Source: an uncultured Candidatus Rokubacteria bacterium
GTDB taxonomy: Bacteria > Methylomirabilota > Methylomirabilia > Rokubacteriales > CSP1-6
Direction of reading: 5' to 3'
NCBI GenBank assembly: GCA_963771355.1
Contig: CAVYTA010000006.1
Location: 32,001-96,000, forward strand
Length of the DNA: 64,000 bases
Shown here: one piece after another, positions 20,910 to 31,731 of the stretch
How positions within the stretch are numbered: position 1 is the stretch's first letter
Layout: each line of letters begins with the position of its first letter
The notes under the pieces: model-generated
What the model was told of the DNA's origin: nothing
Database searches by the model: none
The model's input: the letters and a program-made list of their open reading frames with translations, nothing else
Program-made: the position numbers and the translations under genes

Positions 20910-21944
20910 CTACTTCCGCTGGCGAGCGTAGTCCGCGAGGAGCTCGGCCATCCGGCGCGCCCCGGCAGGGGAGAAGTGGCCGTCCCGCGGCAGCCAGAGC
21001 GAGGCATCGGCGGTCGTCAAGGATGAGGTGTCGAGCAAGGGCAGGCCGTAGGCCTTCGCCGTCGTCCGCAAGATCTCGTGGTCGCGTCGGCTGAAGGGCG
21101 AGATCGGCGCGATCACGAGCTGGGCACCGTGCTTCGCCGCCACGTACTGCATGTAGGCGATGGCCTTCTTCGTGTAGCGCCACTCGAGAGAGTTCTCCTC
21201 GTCGGGACCCTCTTCCGCGGGCGCGGCCAGGGCCGGGCCGACGCCGAGGCGCCACTTGAGCCAGCGGTAGGCCTTGACCACGTAGGATGCGCCCCCCAGG
21301 CGCCGGATCAGCGAGGGCGAGCGGGCTTGCGTCACGTCTGTCCGGGGCGGATACCGGATGCTCTCGACGGGCTGGTCGATGAAGGCCTGCATCTCCGCCC
21401 GAGTAAGGAACACCGTGAGGTCCGAGATGTCGTTGAACGAGAACATGTAGAAGACGACGCGCGGCCGGAAGACCCCGATGTACTCCGTGAGGAGGTACGC
21501 CTCCTGGAAGCTGCTGTCCCCCTGTCGGGCCAGGTTGACCACGGACCGTCCAGTGAGCTGCTCCAGGAAGGAGCCGACGGTAAATTCGAAGTCCACCCCG
21601 TGCCCGTAGATGAAGGAGTCTCCGAGCAGCATGATGTCGGCCGGGATAGCCGTCCGCTTGTTGCGGAACCCATATGCATCGGTCTCGTGGGTCCAGACGT
21701 ACCCGTTGTAGTACATCTGGGTCTTCATGTTGGGGATCATGAAGTGTATCCGGAGCTTGGGGTCCAGGTAGTAGATCCCTCCCGGGCGGGTGTGATACTT
21801 GCTCAGCACCCCGTTGGCGAAGACATCGCCGAGCAATGAGGGCTGGGCCCGAAGGACGAGCTCCAGGCCCAGCAGGCAGATGCCGGTCGAGACGATGAGC
21901 AGAAGGGCCCTGACCAGAACGGGGCGGAGCGAAGCGCTCAGCAT
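20910..21944 (-). CDS. Membrane-anchored SGNH-fold protein (AlgX/AlgJ/DltD-like)
   Basis: N-terminal TM helix; GDSF (block I), FND (block III), DGHF (block V). Confidence 0.88.
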   Translation of the reverse strand: MLSASLRPVLVRALLLIVSTGICLLGLELVLRAQPSLLGDVFANGVLSKYHTRPGGIYYLDPKLRIHFMIPNMKTQMYYNGYVWTHETDAYGFRNKRTAIPADIMLLGDSFIYGHGVDFEFTVGSFLEQLTGRSVVNLARQGDSSFQEAYLLTEYIGVFRPRVVFYMFSFNDISDLTVFLTRAEMQAFIDQPVESIRYPPRTDVTQARSPSLIRRLGGASYVVKAYRWLKWRLGVGPALAAPAEEGPDEENSLEWRYTKKAIAYMQYVAAKHGAQLVIAPISPFSRRDHEILRTTAKAYGLPLLDTSSLTTADASLWLPRDGHFSPAGARRMAELLADYARQRK

Positions 21945-22071
21945 GTCGGAGGCAGCCGCCCGCTCTGATTGGCCGCCCGCGACACCGGCCTCGGAATGGA
22001 TCTCCGGGGCCGGCCCCGGAGGCGTGCCGCCGGCGTCCCCGCCTGACCCTCCCTGCGGAGCAAGGCCCCGC

Positions 22072-22248
22072 CTAGAACAGCGCGTAGATGAGCAACCCGG
22101 CCTTCGTCCCGCCGAGGACCACCAGGATACCGAGGATCGTGATCGCCGCGAAGACCGGCATCAACCACCACATCCGGTAGGTTCTGAGGAAGTAGACGTA
22201 CTCGCTCAGGATGCCGGACCGACCGGCCTTTCTATTTCGCCTGCCCAT
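22072..22248 (-). CDS. Small single-TM protein, SxtK/DUF5989-like, C-terminus LIYALF
   Basis: 58 aa, MGRRNRKAGR...FLRTYRMWWLMP-TM-GLLIYALF*; ATG overlaps the upstream TAA (TAATG). Confidence 0.85.
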   Translation of the reverse strand: MGRRNRKAGRSGILSEYVYFLRTYRMWWLMPVFAAITILGILVVLGGTKAGLLIYALF

Positions 22249-22661
22249 TAGCTCTGCCTCCTGAAGCTTGCCGCGTCCAGCGGGGGAACGTCCGCCAGCA
22301 TGCTTTCCTTCTTCCGGCACGCCTCGAAATTCCTCTCGAGACGATTCATGCCAAAGAGTCGGAGCATCGAACCAAGCCCGGCGATGACCACGGCGTACAG
22401 CACCAGCACGATCACCCACGAGACGACGTGCCCGATCGCCAGCGACAGCAGCATGAAGACCAGGAACACGTCACGGCCGATGGCACGGTAGGCAACGAAC
22501 CCCGCGAAGGCTACGGAGGCCAAGACGATCAGCACGAGACTCGGCGTCCGAGGCCCGAAGAGCCACCAGGTTCCCGCGGCAATCACGGCCAGCCCGATGC
22601 CGAGGACCAGGAGCTGCTGCTTTTCCGCTGCCGGCCCGCCCGAAAGATTCGGCGTTAGCAA
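22248..22661 (-). CDS. SxtJ-like membrane protein
   Basis: TTG abuts the carbamoyltransferase stop; 3-4 hydrophobic helices; LRLFGMNRL...RRQS tail; position between carbamoyltransferase and SxtK-like ORF. Confidence 0.78.
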   Translation of the reverse strand: MLTPNLSGGPAAEKQQLLVLGIGLAVIAAGTWWLFGPRTPSLVLIVLASVAFAGFVAYRAIGRDVFLVFMLLSLAIGHVVSWVIVLVLYAVVIAGLGSMLRLFGMNRLERNFEACRKKESMLADVPPLDAASFRRQS

Positions 22662-24484
22662 TCAAGCCTCCTGCGCGTCCACGGGATTCTCGGTCCGTGG
22701 CGGCGCCGCGAGATCGACTCCGGGCTTGACCATGACGCATGTATCAAGAACCAGGACATCGATCCCCGTCATCAGGAAACAGCGCAGGGCGTCCTCATGG
22801 TCGCAGACAATGGGCTCTCCGCGGACGTTGAAGCTGGTGTTGACGATCATGGGGCACCCCGTGAGCTTGTCGAACTCGCGGATGATCCGGTAGAACATGT
22901 CGTTCCGCTCCTCGGTCACCGTTTGGAGCCGAACCGAATAGTCCACGTGGGTAATGGCCGGGACCGGCGACCGGACCACCCGCAGCTTGCCGAGTCCTTG
23001 ACGTTCCGTGTTCTCCTTCTCCCCTCTCCGATGTGCGCTCAGCAGCGGCATCACGATGAGCATGTACGGGCTCGGGATGTCGATGTCGAAGTACTCCTTG
23101 ACCCGTTCCTCGAGCACCGCCGGGGCGAAGGGCCGGAAGGACTCGCGGTACTTGATCTTCAGGTTGATGCGCGACTGGTTCGCCGGGTCGCGTGGGTCCC
23201 CCAGGATGCTCCGCGCTCCGAGGGCCCGGGGGCCGAATTCCATGCGGCCGTGACAGAAACCCACCACATGCCCGGCCGCGAGCCACGTGGCCACCTTCAC
23301 GGGCAGCTCGTCTTCGGGGAGCTTCGTGTACTCGACCCCGATCGAATCCAAGAACGGGATGACCTTTGCATTGTCGATGCGGGGCCCGAGATAGGCACCC
23401 CGCATGCGGTCAGTCCCGATCTCCCTCCGCGGTTGTCCCATGACCTGATGCCACACGGCGAGGGCCGCGCCGATGGCGCCCCCCGCGTCACCCGCGGCCG
23501 GCTGGATGTAGATGTCCCTGAAACTCCCGTCGCGATAGATGGCACCATTGCCCACGCAGTTCAGCGCGACGCCCCCCGCCATGCAGAGCGTGTCGCGCCC
23601 CGTCATCTTCCTGGCCGTCCGGGCGAGTCGGAGCATGACCTCCGAGGCGATGTGCTGGACCGAGGCCGCCATGTCCATGTGGAACTGATCAAGCGCTTCA
23701 TCTGGCTGCGCGCCGGCCGCCCCAGATGCGCGGTCAACCGGCCGTTGATCATGCTCAAGCCGTGGGTGTAGTTGAAATAGTCGAGGTTGAGCGCAATCGA
23801 TCCGTCTTCCTTGAGGTCGAGCACTCGGCCCAGGAGCTTGTCGAGATATTTGGGCTCTCCGTACGGGGCCAGGCCCATCACCTTGTACTCGTCGGAATTG
23901 ACCTCGAAGCCCAGGTACTGGGTCATGGCGGAGTAGAAGAGCCCGATCGAGTGGGGGAAGCGCAGCTCCTTGATGAGCCGGATCGTATTGCCGTGCCCTT
24001 CACCGATGGACGCGGTCGCCCACTCACCGACTCCGTCGGCAATGACGATGGCCGCCTCCTCGAACGGGCTGCAGAAGAACGCCGAAGCGGCGTGAGACTC
24101 GTGGTGCCGGCTGAAGAAGATGTCCCCCTGGAAGCCCGGGATGCTCTCTTCGATCACCTTCGGCATCTTGAGTTTCTGCTTAATCCAGAGGGGAATCGCC
24201 CGCTTGAAAGACCCATAGCTCTGGAACGGATACTCCAGATACGTCTGGAGGAGCCGACTGAAGGTCAAGACGGGTTTGTCGTAGTAGGCGACGCAGCTCA
24301 GATCGGCCGCCTTGATACCGGCTTCCTCCAGGCAGAAAGCGACCGCGGCGGTGGGGAAGCGCTCATCACCCTTGCGGCGGGAAAACCGCTCCTCCTCGGC
24401 CGCCGCGACCAGCTCCCCATCCCGCAGGAGGCAGGCCGCGCTGTCGTGATAGAGGGCGGAGACCCCCAGGATATAAGTCGGCAT
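22662..24484 (-). CDS. O-carbamoyltransferase, NodU/CmcH/TobZ family (frameshift near 23708)
   Basis: HDSAA, EEERFSR, HHESHAAS, EYKVMGLAPYG, GGVALNC, GRMEFGPRALG, RESFRPFAP, NTSFN. Confidence 0.95.
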
Positions 24485-25551
24485 CAAGGGCTTCCGAACC
24501 GGGATTGGCCTACTGCCGAGGCTTCTTTCCTCCCAATCACGACGAACAGCCCACCCTCCGTGTCCTCGAACATCTGGTGCACCTGGCTCAGGAGGCGATC
24601 CAGGTGCGACCCGCGCGGCTCGGGGTCGAAGAGAGAGCGCCGATAGTCCAGCGAGAATCGCGAGCCCAGCACGGTGCTTGGCAGGGCGCGGACGAACCGG
24701 ATCCCGTTCTGCTCGAACCAGCCGAGCACCTCATCGAGCGTGTGCAGCGACTCGTGTGGGTTGCGGTACTGGTCCATGAACCACGCGCGGCGCTTGTCCC
24801 GCGTGACGCCGTATTCGTTGATGTACGGATCGAGCGAGGCCACCCGCTCCCCCATCAGTCCGACCAGCCCGCGGCGGACTCGCGTCTTCAGACGGGCGTA
24901 GCGATTGTACAACCCGACGAGCAAATATCCGCCCGGGGTGACGAACGGCACGAGTCCGGCCAGTCCCCCGCGGGGATCCGCGGTGTGATGCAGCACGCCA
25001 GTGCAGATCACGACGTCGAAGCGTCCGGGCTGCAGCGGCAGCCGGAACAGGTTCATCTGGGCGAACGCCACATTGGCGAGCTCGTTGGCCCCCCGGAACC
25101 GCTCGGCCAGACGAAGCGAGTTCCAGCAGAGGTCCACCGAGAGCACCCTGCGACCCCCGATGCTGAGAAAGTTGCCAAGCTGCCCGGTCCCGCAGCCCAC
25201 TTCGAGCACCGTCGCGTTCGGCCGGATCGACCGGTTCAGCATCTCCGGAAATCCGCGGGCCACGCTCTTCTGGATCAGGGAGCCGACGTCATCCGTACCT
25301 TCGTAGTTGGGAAACGGGGTCTCCTCATAGAAGGCCTTGATCACCTGGGTGACATCGCCGGCAATGGGCTCGTGGGGCACAAAAGCCCTGAGGATGCCCG
25401 CTTCGATCGGGAACACGACCGTCGGATCAGCCTCGCTGACGTACGCATCTCCGACCCGACCCATTCGCTGTCCGGTCCGAGGACACCTGAGGAGATCCTC
25501 GATGCCGCTGACCCGCATGCCCCCGGTTCGAGCGATCGCCGGACTAGTCAT
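24484..25551 (-). CDS. Class I SAM-dependent methyltransferase with Trm112-like N-terminal segment
   Basis: LLRCPRTG, FYEETPFPNY, LEVGCGTGQ, GVLHHT, WFMDQY; TGATG coupling to the carbamoyltransferase. Confidence 0.9.
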   Translation of the reverse strand: MTSPAIARTGGMRVSGIEDLLRCPRTGQRMGRVGDAYVSEADPTVVFPIEAGILRAFVPHEPIAGDVTQVIKAFYEETPFPNYEGTDDVGSLIQKSVARGFPEMLNRSIRPNATVLEVGCGTGQLGNFLSIGGRRVLSVDLCWNSLRLAERFRGANELANVAFAQMNLFRLPLQPGRFDVVICTGVLHHTADPRGGLAGLVPFVTPGGYLLVGLYNRYARLKTRVRRGLVGLMGERVASLDPYINEYGVTRDKRRAWFMDQYRNPHESLHTLDEVLGWFEQNGIRFVRALPSTVLGSRFSLDYRRSLFDPEPRGSHLDRLLSQVHQMFEDTEGGLFVVIGRKEASAVGQSRFGSP

Positions 25552-25871
25552 TCTTCGTTACGATAACCTCATGGTCCTTGTGCAGCGGCGCAGTTCGCAC
25601 CTCCGCAACATGCGGACGCGGGGACGCTCAGGTCAAGAATGGTTGTAGCGCAACGTCGCGGAATTCGCAAGAGAATCATGCCGTCGGGACACATGCGATA
25701 CCGGTGTTCGTATGCACTGATCCTTCGGCGGAACAATACGATCCCAAGCAGGACAATACGCATCATGGGTTTTCAAAATGGACGGCAGGGGAATCAGAAT
25801 TTCTGGCAACCGTCCGACTTGACCGTCTCGCGGCCCCTGGATAGGATCTCGTGCCCGAAGGAGGCGAGCTC

Positions 25872-27363
25872 ATGACAGTGTCCGAGAGCGGTCGAGGGGC
25901 GGCCCGCGAGTACGCCGTGGTGATCCGCGGCGGGCGCGTGGTCGACCCCGGTCAGGACCTCGACGCCGCGCGGGACCTCGCCCTCGAGGGTGGAGTCATC
26001 GCCGCCGTCGGCACCGACCTGCGCGGCCGCGTCGTCCTCCATGCCGCGGGCTGCGTGGTCGCGCCGGGGTTCATCGACCTGCACAGCCACTCGCAGAGCG
26101 TGGGTGGGCATCGGTTGCAGGCCTTCGACGGCGTCACGACGACGCTCGAGCTGGAGGCGGGCGCGATCCCGGTGGCGGAGGCCTACGCGCGGGCGGAGGC
26201 CGAGGGCCGGCCCTTGAACTATGGCTATTCAGCCTCCTGGGCCGCCGCCCGGATCCAGGTGCTCGCCGGCCATCGCGGCGACGGGCGGGCGACGATCATG
26301 CTCTCTCACTTCGCCGACCCGGCGTGGCAGCGGGAAGCCACCGCCGCCGAGGAGGACCGCATCGTCGGGCTCCTGGAGGCCGAGCTGTCGGAGGGAAGCC
26401 TCGGCATCGGCGTGTTGGTGGGCTACGCGCCGGGCACGAGCCTCGGGGAGTACCTCCGCGTCGCGCGCCTCGCGGCCTCGAGCCGGGTGCCGACGTATAC
26501 GCACGCGCGGGATCTCGTCGACTTCGCTCCCGAGGCGCGCATGGACGGAGCCGAGGAGCTCGTGCGCGCCGCCGCCGAGACGGGCGCCCACATGCACTAC
26601 TGCCATGTGAACAGCACCTCGCTCCGCCATGTCGACCGGGTGCTCGCCTTGGTCGACCGGGTGCGGCGCGAGGGGCCATCGTCACCACGGAGGCCTATCC
26701 CTACGGCGCCGGGATGACGGCGATCGGGGCGGCGTTCCTCGCGCCCCACCGGCTGGCAGAGCGGGGCCTCCGGCCGACGGACCTCGTCTACGCGCCGACG
26801 AATGAGCGGGTGCGTGACGTCGAGCACCTGAGTCGCTTGCGCGCCCGAGACCCGGGGGGCCTCTGCATCGTGCACTTCTTCGATGAGACGAAGGCAAGTG
26901 ACGCGGCGGTGACGCGCGCGGCGCTGGTGTACGAGGACACCATGGTGGCCAGCGACGCGATGCCCCTGACCTGGCTCGGTGCGACCGCCGACGAGGTGTG
27001 GCCGCTGCCTCCGAACGCCATCACGCACCCGCGCAGGGCGGGGACCTTCGCCCGCTCCTTTCGGCGACTGGTCGGCGAGGGCATCCTCGGCGTCTCTGAG
27101 TTCATCCGGCGCGCGAGTCAGCTTCCCGCCGGCGTGCTGGCAGCGGCCAGCGGCGGTGCCGCGCGGAAGGGCACGCTCGCAGTGGGGGCCGACGCCGATG
27201 TCGTCGTCTTCGATCCGGATGCGTTCCGCGACCGGGCGACCTACGAGGCGTCGACCCTGCCGTCGACAGGGGTGCGGCATCTTCTGGTCGGTGGCGCGCC
27301 AGTAGTTCGTGACGGGGCGCTGGTGCTCGATGCCCGGCCGGGTCGACCTGTGCGAGGTCCTGA
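25872..27363 (+). CDS. Amidohydrolase superfamily (D-aminoacylase/dihydroorotase-like); frameshift near 26672, 3' end approximate
   Basis: GGRVVDP, PGFIDLHSH, DGVTT, ASDA, KGTLAVGADADVVVFDP, PGRPVRG. Confidence 0.85.
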
Positions 27364-27403
27364 GGCGAGGGCGGCCGCTCTTGTCGGGAGGAGTGGTGAT
27401 CGG

Positions 27404-28582
27404 TCATTTGATGCTGTCCTCGTACTCGATCGGCGAGCGCCCGATACCCAGGATGTGATCGGCGAGTTTGACCGCCTCCTCCACTGTCGCCACGTTGAAC
27501 GCGGCGGTATCGAGGTGCAGCGCCTCGCCGTCGAATCCGAGGCGATCGGGTCGAAGCTTGATGGGCGGGCGCGGTTGGATACTCCGCGACTCGATCACGT
27601 CAGTGAGCCACGCGCTGAGGCGGCGATCATCAGCCGCCGATGTGCGAAGCGTGTCCAACGCGAGCTCGCCGGCATGTGGCAAAGCCGCAAGGCAGTGCCT
27701 GAGCAGCAGCTCACGGTCCAGGCGCAGGTCGGCGTCGCGCGGAAACAGCGCCGCCTTCGCGAACTGAAAGGAATCCGCCACCGGCACTTCGGGGAAGATG
27801 GGCAAGTCGGGAACGGTCGGGTGATGCGGCAGGCGACCCTCGTCGTTCAATCGCCGGAAGTCTTCGTCGAGGGGGGATCGACCACGGTGGAAGAGGTTCG
27901 CGATGCCAAAACTGCTGCCCGACGACCCCGCAATGTGCATCGGGACGCTGATCGACGGATATTGTCCGGCCAGGTAGCCGAGGGCGAAACCGGAGAACAC
28001 GTCAGGGTACCTATTCGCAAACACACGACCGGCGGCGCGGCGCAACCGGTCGATCAAGCTGCGGTGCACGACCGCGGTGTAGAGCATCGGCAGCCGCACA
28101 TACGACACCTCGAATCGAAGCACCGCCGCGATCGTCGATCTCGCGTCCAGCATCTTCAGGGTCCGCCGGAGCGGAAGTCGGAGGTAGTTTGCCGCGCCCG
28201 CCATGTTGATGTCGGGCCATGAGTAGAACGATGCCTCCCACCGAACCACCGGGGTTCTCAGCCGGTCCAGCAGGCGATCCAGTTCCGCGAGCGCGAACGG
28301 CATCAGCCCGTCGTCGTCGCCAAGCAGGAGAACGAACTCACCGCGGGCTTCGGAGACGGCGAGCTCCCAGTTATCGCTCATCGCGAGCGACCGCGGAGCG
28401 CGGATGTGACGGACGCGTCGCGACGCGACCTCGCCGACGACGGCGCGCGTCCGATCGGTGGTGCCGTTGTCGCAGACGACGATCTCGTAGTCGTCGAAGT
28501 CCTGATTGAGGCAGGTCGCCAGCGCGCAACGCAGGGTGTCCGGCCGCTCGCGGGTTGGGATGACGATGCTGAAGCGCGGCAT
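27404..28582 (-). CDS. GT2 glycosyltransferase
   Basis: FSIVIPT, VVCDN, LGDDD; TGATG coupling. Confidence 0.9.
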   Translation of the reverse strand: MPRFSIVIPTRERPDTLRCALATCLNQDFDDYEIVVCDNGTTDRTRAVVGEVASRRVRHIRAPRSLAMSDNWELAVSEARGEFVLLLGDDDGLMPFALAELDRLLDRLRTPVVRWEASFYSWPDINMAGAANYLRLPLRRTLKMLDARSTIAAVLRFEVSYVRLPMLYTAVVHRSLIDRLRRAAGRVFANRYPDVFSGFALGYLAGQYPSISVPMHIAGSSGSSFGIANLFHRGRSPLDEDFRRLNDEGRLPHHPTVPDLPIFPEVPVADSFQFAKAALFPRDADLRLDRELLLRHCLAALPHAGELALDTLRTSAADDRRLSAWLTDVIESRSIQPRPPIKLRPDRLGFDGEALHLDTAAFNVATVEEAVKLADHILGIGRSPIEYEDSIK

Positions 28583-29403
28583 CAAGAGGGCGGCATCGAT
28601 CGGCGGCGGAGCCACCCGCCAACCCAATGCGAGGCGCCGCCGGACAGAAGGCCCGCGCTTTCGTTGAACGGCCAGCGCGGCGGCTCGAACGCGAAGTCCG
28701 GCCGGCGAGCGAGAAAGCCGCGCGCCGCCTCGGCTGGGTTGTTCCAGTCCCAGTCTGCGCCGGCGCGGGGTGAATCGGCCAGCTGCTCCATGTCGCCGTC
28801 CGCCACCACGACGTAGGATCCGTCGCTCACGAGATCGGCGTAAGCGTCGAGCTCGGCGGTGACGTGCGCCTTGGTGTGATTGGAGTCGAGAAAGACCATC
28901 ACGCGGTCGCCGGGCTTGACGAGGGCGCGCACGCGTTCGACCGTCTCGCGCTCGACCGAGCTGCCTTCGACGAGCGTGATCAGGGGGGAGAGGAAGTGCG
29001 CTTCGATCGCGGCACGGTTGTGTGGCCGAATCTGGACGTCCACGCCGATGACGCGGCCGGTGCCGAGCAGACGGCAGAGTGACGCAAGAAACACGAGCGA
29101 TCCGCCGTGCGCCACACCCGTCTCGACGATCACGTCGGGCCGCACCAGCCAGATCGCCTCCTGCGCCCGGATCAGATCATCAGGGAGCTGGATGACGGGA
29201 CGGCCGAGCCAGCTGAACGTGTAATCGTACTTTGCCTCCCACGCTGTACGCACCCAAGCACGAGCGACCGCGTCGAACGCGTCCGGTGATGCGAGGGGAT
29301 GCGTGATGCGGCCGGCTCCGGAGATGATGGTGACCTGCAGCGTGTCGAAGTCCACGAGCACCTGCCGCACCCGGTTTGCCTTTCGCTCAGGGCCGGAAGT
29401 CAC
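28582..29403 (-). CDS. CmcI-family (cephalosporin hydroxylase / sugar O-methyltransferase-like) protein
   Basis: FSWLGRPVIQLPDD, PDVIVETGVAHGGS, LDSNH. Confidence 0.9.
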   Translation of the reverse strand: MTSGPERKANRVRQVLVDFDTLQVTIISGAGRITHPLASPDAFDAVARAWVRTAWEAKYDYTFSWLGRPVIQLPDDLIRAQEAIWLVRPDVIVETGVAHGGSLVFLASLCRLLGTGRVIGVDVQIRPHNRAAIEAHFLSPLITLVEGSSVERETVERVRALVKPGDRVMVFLDSNHTKAHVTAELDAYADLVSDGSYVVVADGDMEQLADSPRAGADWDWNNPAEAARGFLARRPDFAFEPPRWPFNESAGLLSGGASHWVGGWLRRRSMPPS

Positions 29404-29917
29404 GATAGTGGCAATCCTTGTCGGAGATGGTGATGTCGGGCAGCGGCCATGTTATGGCGAACCGCGGATCGTTCCAGCGAACACCTCGTTCGGCGGCGGC
29501 CTCGTAGAATCCGGTCATATGGTAGACCACTTCGGTGTGGTCCTCGAGCGTTTGGAAGCCGTGCGCGAAACCTTCGGGGACGTAGAGCATCGCGCACGAC
29601 GACGCGCGCAGCTCGACGGCGAGCCAGCGGCAGTAGGTCGGAGAGTCGGGTCTGAGGTCGATGATCACATCGTAGATCGCGCCGCGGCCGCAGCGCACCA
29701 GTCGCGTCTGCGCATGCGGCGCCGCCTGCATGTGCAGGCCGCGAAGGGTGCCGCGCCTGCGGTTGTAGGACAGGCCGCTCTGCGCAAGCGACGCGTTCAG
29801 CCCATGCGCCGCGAATTCCCTCGCACACCACGTGCGCGTGTACGCGCCGCGATCGTCCGAGCGCGGCTCCGCTTCGACGATGAAGGCGCCGGCCAGGTCG
29901 GTGGGTGTGAAGATCAC
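29387..29917 (-). CDS. rfbC: NDP-4-keto-6-deoxyhexose 3,5-epimerase (RmlC cupin)
   Basis: DDRG, GTLRGLH, DLRPDSPT, GFAHGFQTL, GVRWNDP; GTGA overlap with the upstream ORF. Confidence 0.92.
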   Translation of the reverse strand: MIFTPTDLAGAFIVEAEPRSDDRGAYTRTWCAREFAAHGLNASLAQSGLSYNRRRGTLRGLHMQAAPHAQTRLVRCGRGAIYDVIIDLRPDSPTYCRWLAVELRASSCAMLYVPEGFAHGFQTLEDHTEVVYHMTGFYEAAAERGVRWNDPRFAITWPLPDITISDKDCHYRDFRP

Positions 29918-30512
29918 GCGGCGGGCTCCAGCAGCACGACCAGGACGTCGCACCCGAGCTCGCGCAACGGCAGCTCGATCTCACCGGCATAGATCGAGTT
30001 CGCGACGAGGAGGGTCGCCACCGGTGGGCCCGCGAGCGCAGCCGGTGCCACGATCGGCTGCCCCGTTCCCGCGATGAACCGATCCTGCCTGCGTGGGTTG
30101 ATGTCCACGACGGCGCTCACGAGATCGCGTAAGGCGTCGGGATGATTGAGAAACGTGCCGCCCTGTTTCGCCGGCGCCCCAGAGGACGCACCCCCCGGTG
30201 GGGACGCATGTGCGAGGCGAGTCCGCCAAGCGTCGCGCCACCGCGGCCAGGCTCGTAGCACGTTCTCGAGGAGGTCGACGGCAGCGTCTGTCCGTGCGGC
30301 AGCCTCAGTCGGCTCGCGGTCACGGCCGTCCAGCCACATTCATCGGTCCGAAGATCCCCCGTGAAGTACGTCAGGCGATGCCGCACGTCGGCAAACGTGT
30401 CGAGCGCCGCAGCCGAGCGGGCCAAGGCGGCGACCTCGCAGCCGCTCTCGAGCAGACGTCGGGCGAGGGGAGCGCCGACGAAGCCGCCGGCTCCCGTCAC
30501 GGCCACGCGCAT
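29914..30512 (-). pseudogene. Deletion chimera: N-terminus of an NAD-dependent epimerase/reductase joined to the C-terminus of a second sugar C-methyltransferase
   Basis: MRVAVTGAGGFVG...TGDLRT to about 30345, then VLWGA / GGTFLN...VVDINPRRQDRFIAGTG...NSIYAGEI. Confidence 0.75.
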
Positions 30513-30514
30513 GA

Positions 30515-31731
30515 TCACATGACACTCGGCGACGGTATCGGCACGATGAACTGCCCGCCGCGACGGCGGTATTCGGCCTGCTGCTTCATGATTTCGTCTC
30601 GGAAGTTCCACGTGAGCAGCAGGACATCGTCGGGCATCGCCTCGAGGAGGTGTTCCGGCGGATAGATCCGGACCTTCGTCCCCGGCATGTACCGGCCCTG
30701 CTTGCGTGGGTTGCGGTCCACCGCGAAGTCGAGCACGTCCTCGCCGACGCCGATGACGCTCAACAGGGTCGTGCCTTTCGCGGCGGCGCCGTACGCCGCC
30801 AGGCGTCGACCGGACGCCTTGCGCTCGCGAAGCAGGCCGGAGAGCTCGAATCGGAGAGCGTCGACGCGCGCGGCGAACGCCGCATAGGTCTCGGGATCGT
30901 GAGGACGCCATGCCGCCTCTTCTTCCATCATCGCGAACACGGCGTCATTCGGCCGTCCGCGTGCCGCAGCCGTCACCCGGATGGAGCCGCCGTGAATGCT
31001 CACCCGCTCGACGTCGATGACGCGTAGCCCATGCCGGGCCAGCAAGGCGCGGAGCGCGGTGAGCGAGTAGTAAAAGACGTGCTCGTGGTAAATGGTGTCG
31101 AATTCCAGGCGATCCAGCAGATCGCGGACGTACGGCGTCTCGATCACGAACACGCCATCGTCTTTGAGCAGGCGGACGACGCCCGTGACGACGTCATTGA
31201 TCTCTGGCACATGCGCCATCACGTTATTGGCGACGACGACGTCGGCACGAATGCCCTCGCCGACGAGCTGGTCGGCGAGGTCGCGGCCGAAGAATGCGGT
31301 GCGGGTCGGCACGCCCGCCCGTTCGGCCGCTGCGGCGGCAGCGCGCGCAGGGTCGATCCCGAGTACCGCAACTCCGGCCTGTCTGAAGTGCCGCAGCAGA
31401 TAGCCGTCGTTACTGCCGATCTCCACCACGAGTGCGTTCGCGCCGAGCGTCCGGCTCTGGAGGACGCGCTCGGCATACGCCTGCGCATGCCGAAGCATCG
31501 TGTCGGAGAAGGACGACAGGTACGCGTAGTCGGCGAAGAGCACGGCCGGATCAACGGTCTCGACCAGCTGACGAGGGCACACGCCGGACACAGGGCCACG
31601 TCCAGCGGATAGCGGGGGTCGGGAACGTCCAGCTCGCTCGCCGAACGCAGCGCGTTGGCAAGGGGGGTGGACCCGAGCGAGAGAACAACCGGCAGATCCG
31701 ACTTTCCGCATCCGCGGCACGCAACGCCCAT
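30515..31731 (-). CDS. NDP-hexose C-methyltransferase (NovU/TylC3-type; frameshift near 31570)
   Basis: CRGC...LGSTPLAN...CPAC Zn motif, [26 protein letters not shown]. Confidence 0.92.

Noticed and set aside
22072..24484. Saxitoxin cluster (sxtI/J/K-like trio)
   Set aside because: No sxtA-type PKS, amidinotransferase or other core genes; context is polysaccharide biosynthesis
26324..28222. 632-aa ORF
   Set aside because: Only about 26672-27360 is amidohydrolase; the rest is off-frame or antisense to the GT2
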